Source: Flavobacteriales bacterium (GTDB lineage: Bacteria > Bacteroidota > Bacteroidia > CAIKAF01). Taken from it: a stretch of DNA of 40,232 nt. The stretch lies in contig JBIJBG010000003.1 in the NCBI GenBank assembly GCA_044345355.1, positions 1 to 40,232 on the forward strand, given 5' to 3'. Numbering within the stretch: the first letter of the stretch is position 1; the number at the start of each line of letters is the position of its first letter. Below the pieces are notes generated by a model. The model did not search any database. It saw only the letters and a list, made by a program, of their open reading frames with translations, and had not been told where the DNA came from. The position numbers and the translations under genes are program-made. Of the stretch, positions 38,586-40,232 are shown in pieces.

Positions 38586-39371
38586 ATGAATAAGGTATTG
38601 CGGGTTATTTTAGGCGTTCCATACAGCATTTATGCCTATACGGTTTATGTGATCAGTATGCTGTTGATGTTCTTTTACACGTTGATTATTTCCGTGTTTT
38701 TCTCTTCCGAAAAAAGTAAAGCATTATTTTTCAATGGCCTGGAAGTATGGTCTGCGGGATGGATGGGGCTTTGCGGAATCCGTTATACGCTGGTGGATCG
38801 TAAAAAACATTACCTGAAAAATCAACCCTATGTAATGGTATGCAATCATTTCAGTTTTTTGGACATGATGGTGGGCGGAATTACTTCCTACCCCAACGTA
38901 CGTGTTCTGGCCAAGGCCGAAATAAAAAAGATCCCTTTTTTCAGTAAATTTTTCGGCATGGTGAGCGTTTTTGTGGACCGAAAAAGCAAAGAAAGCCGGG
39001 AGCAGAGCCGCATTGCCCTTTCCGAAGCCATCAAACAAAAAAACAGCATCTGGATTTTCCCGGAAGGCACCCGCAACCGGACAAACAATCCCTTGAAGGA
39101 ATTTTACGACGGGGCGTTTAAAATTGCCATTGAGCAACAGGTGCCCGTGTTACCTCTGGTAACTACGAACTCGCGCTTCATCAATCGGATGGGAACTCCG
39201 ATTTTATTTCCCGGAAAGTTTGAAATTCACTTTCTGGAGCCCGTTTCTACCGTGGGCCTTACCGACGATGACGTTCCAGCCCTCAGGGATCAGGTTTTTC
39301 ATATGATGGAAAACTGTATTCTGGAAAACGACCGTTGGTTTGAGAGTCGAGGGAAAATGATTAATGGTTAA
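38586..39371 (+). CDS. plsC: 1-acyl-sn-glycerol-3-phosphate acyltransferase family protein
   Basis: NHFSFLD (HX4D), FVDR, IFPEGTR motifs. Confidence 0.88.
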   Translation: MNKVLRVILGVPYSIYAYTVYVISMLLMFFYTLIISVFFSSEKSKALFFNGLEVWSAGWMGLCGIRYTLVDRKKHYLKNQPYVMVCNHFSFLDMMVGGITSYPNVRVLAKAEIKKIPFFSKFFGMVSVFVDRKSKESREQSRIALSEAIKQKNSIWIFPEGTRNRTNNPLKEFYDGAFKIAIEQQVPVLPLVTTNSRFINRMGTPILFPGKFEIHFLEPVSTVGLTDDDVPALRDQVFHMMENCILENDRWFESRGKMING

Positions 39372-39455
39372 TGGTTGAACGAATTGGGAGAAGGCGTTCG
39401 GATAATATTTCGGTTCTTTGAAGCTTATGTCCTTTTTAGCGGGAATTTTCTCCCT

Positions 39456-40232
39456 CTATCCGGATGCATATTTCCGATAGAGCCCATAAAACCATTGTAT
39501 TTTCTCTTTCTCGTTCGGGAAATCTTTATAGGTCTTGGGGGGAGCATCCAGGCAGGCTTTAAACTCCTCAGGAGAAATGCCGTATTTTTTGGCAATGTAT
39601 TGGCTGTCCGCTTCGATATTTTCTGGTTTATAGGATATTTTTTTTAGCTCTTCCAAGGCTTGTTCGCGGCTCACCTGTCCGCTTACGATTTGAGAAGAGA
39701 GCGTCGCACGGCGGTAGTCCATGTTGTATTTGGTGGGCATAACGTACGACTGCCAAAATCCGGTAATTTTAGATTCGTGATGTTTCCCGCCGTAATCCTG
39801 CCAGCCAAACTCCTCCATCAGAAATTTTTTGGCGGCTCCCTTATCATAGGAAATCAGGTTGAGCGGATAAACGGTTTTAATACCCTGAAAAAACTTGTAC
39901 TTTATTTCGCCAAAAAGGCCCACTACGGGAGTTTTCCTGATGCGGGCATTGGAAAATTTCCGGACGATATGGCGGTATAATTTTTCATCTTTCAGCACAT
40001 GGTAACCCCAGGTTAAAGGAAGGATTCCTTCTCCGGAAAAATTACCTCCCGACAAAATGTATTTAATCCCGTATTTGTTGGCGGTTTCGTATAAACTTGC
40101 CGCAATGGCAATATCGGTGGGCATTTCCAAATCCACTATCGAAGATTTTAGAAAAGCCAGCTGAATATCCCGAAACTCTGCCCAATCCAACACATAACTG
40201 ACGTAATCGCAATGCAGTTTTTCCACTACTTT
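39456..40232 (-). CDS. N-acetyl sugar amidotransferase (WbuX/PseA-like), 5'-truncated by window edge
   Basis: VLDW.EFRD.QLAFL, PTD.AI, YILSG.N..EG..P..W, YGGKHHES, DYRRA.LS motifs; frame open to window end. Confidence 0.88.
   Translation of the reverse strand, partial: KVVEKLHCDYVSYVLDWAEFRDIQLAFLKSSIVDLEMPTDIAIAASLYETANKYGIKYILSGGNFSGEGILPLTWGYHVLKDEKLYRHIVRKFSNARIRKTPVVGLFGEIKYKFFQGIKTVYPLNLISYDKGAAKKFLMEEFGWQDYGGKHHESKITGFWQSYVMPTKYNMDYRRATLSSQIVSGQVSREQALEELKKISYKPENIEADSQYIAKKYGISPEEFKACLDAPPKTYKDFPNEKEKIQWFYGLYRKYASG

Noticed and set aside
39361-39381. TTAATGG heptamer repeat at the plsC stop
   Set aside because: Only two perfect copies; within chance.

Overview
Chromosomal window from a Bacteroidota bacterium (T9SS cargo, porZ-recO, TAnnTTTG -7 promoters), mostly housekeeping and envelope genes: folK, slyD, aspS, recO, porZ, purQ, gmk, plsC, tRNA-Ala(GGC), tRNA-Arg(CCG), two M28 peptidases, glycosyltransferases and several T9SS-secreted surface proteins. 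No CRISPR array, transposase, integrase or prophage was seen. Missed by the ORF track: a >958-aa minus-strand adhesin (1..2874; RCC1-like propeller, DUF11, near-identical 315-bp repeats) running off the left edge, and a 52-aa DUF6341-like membrane protein (29938..30096). Most notable: a DUF2723 (TMEM260-like GT-C)/ArnT-like/DUF1295 operon whose ArnT-like gene is broken by an apparent microhomology deletion, a choice-of-anchor L domain present both on a T9SS substrate and fused to OmpA, and a sigma-54-type promoter before an orphan secreted protein. Family assignments come from motif recognition by eye; no database search was run.
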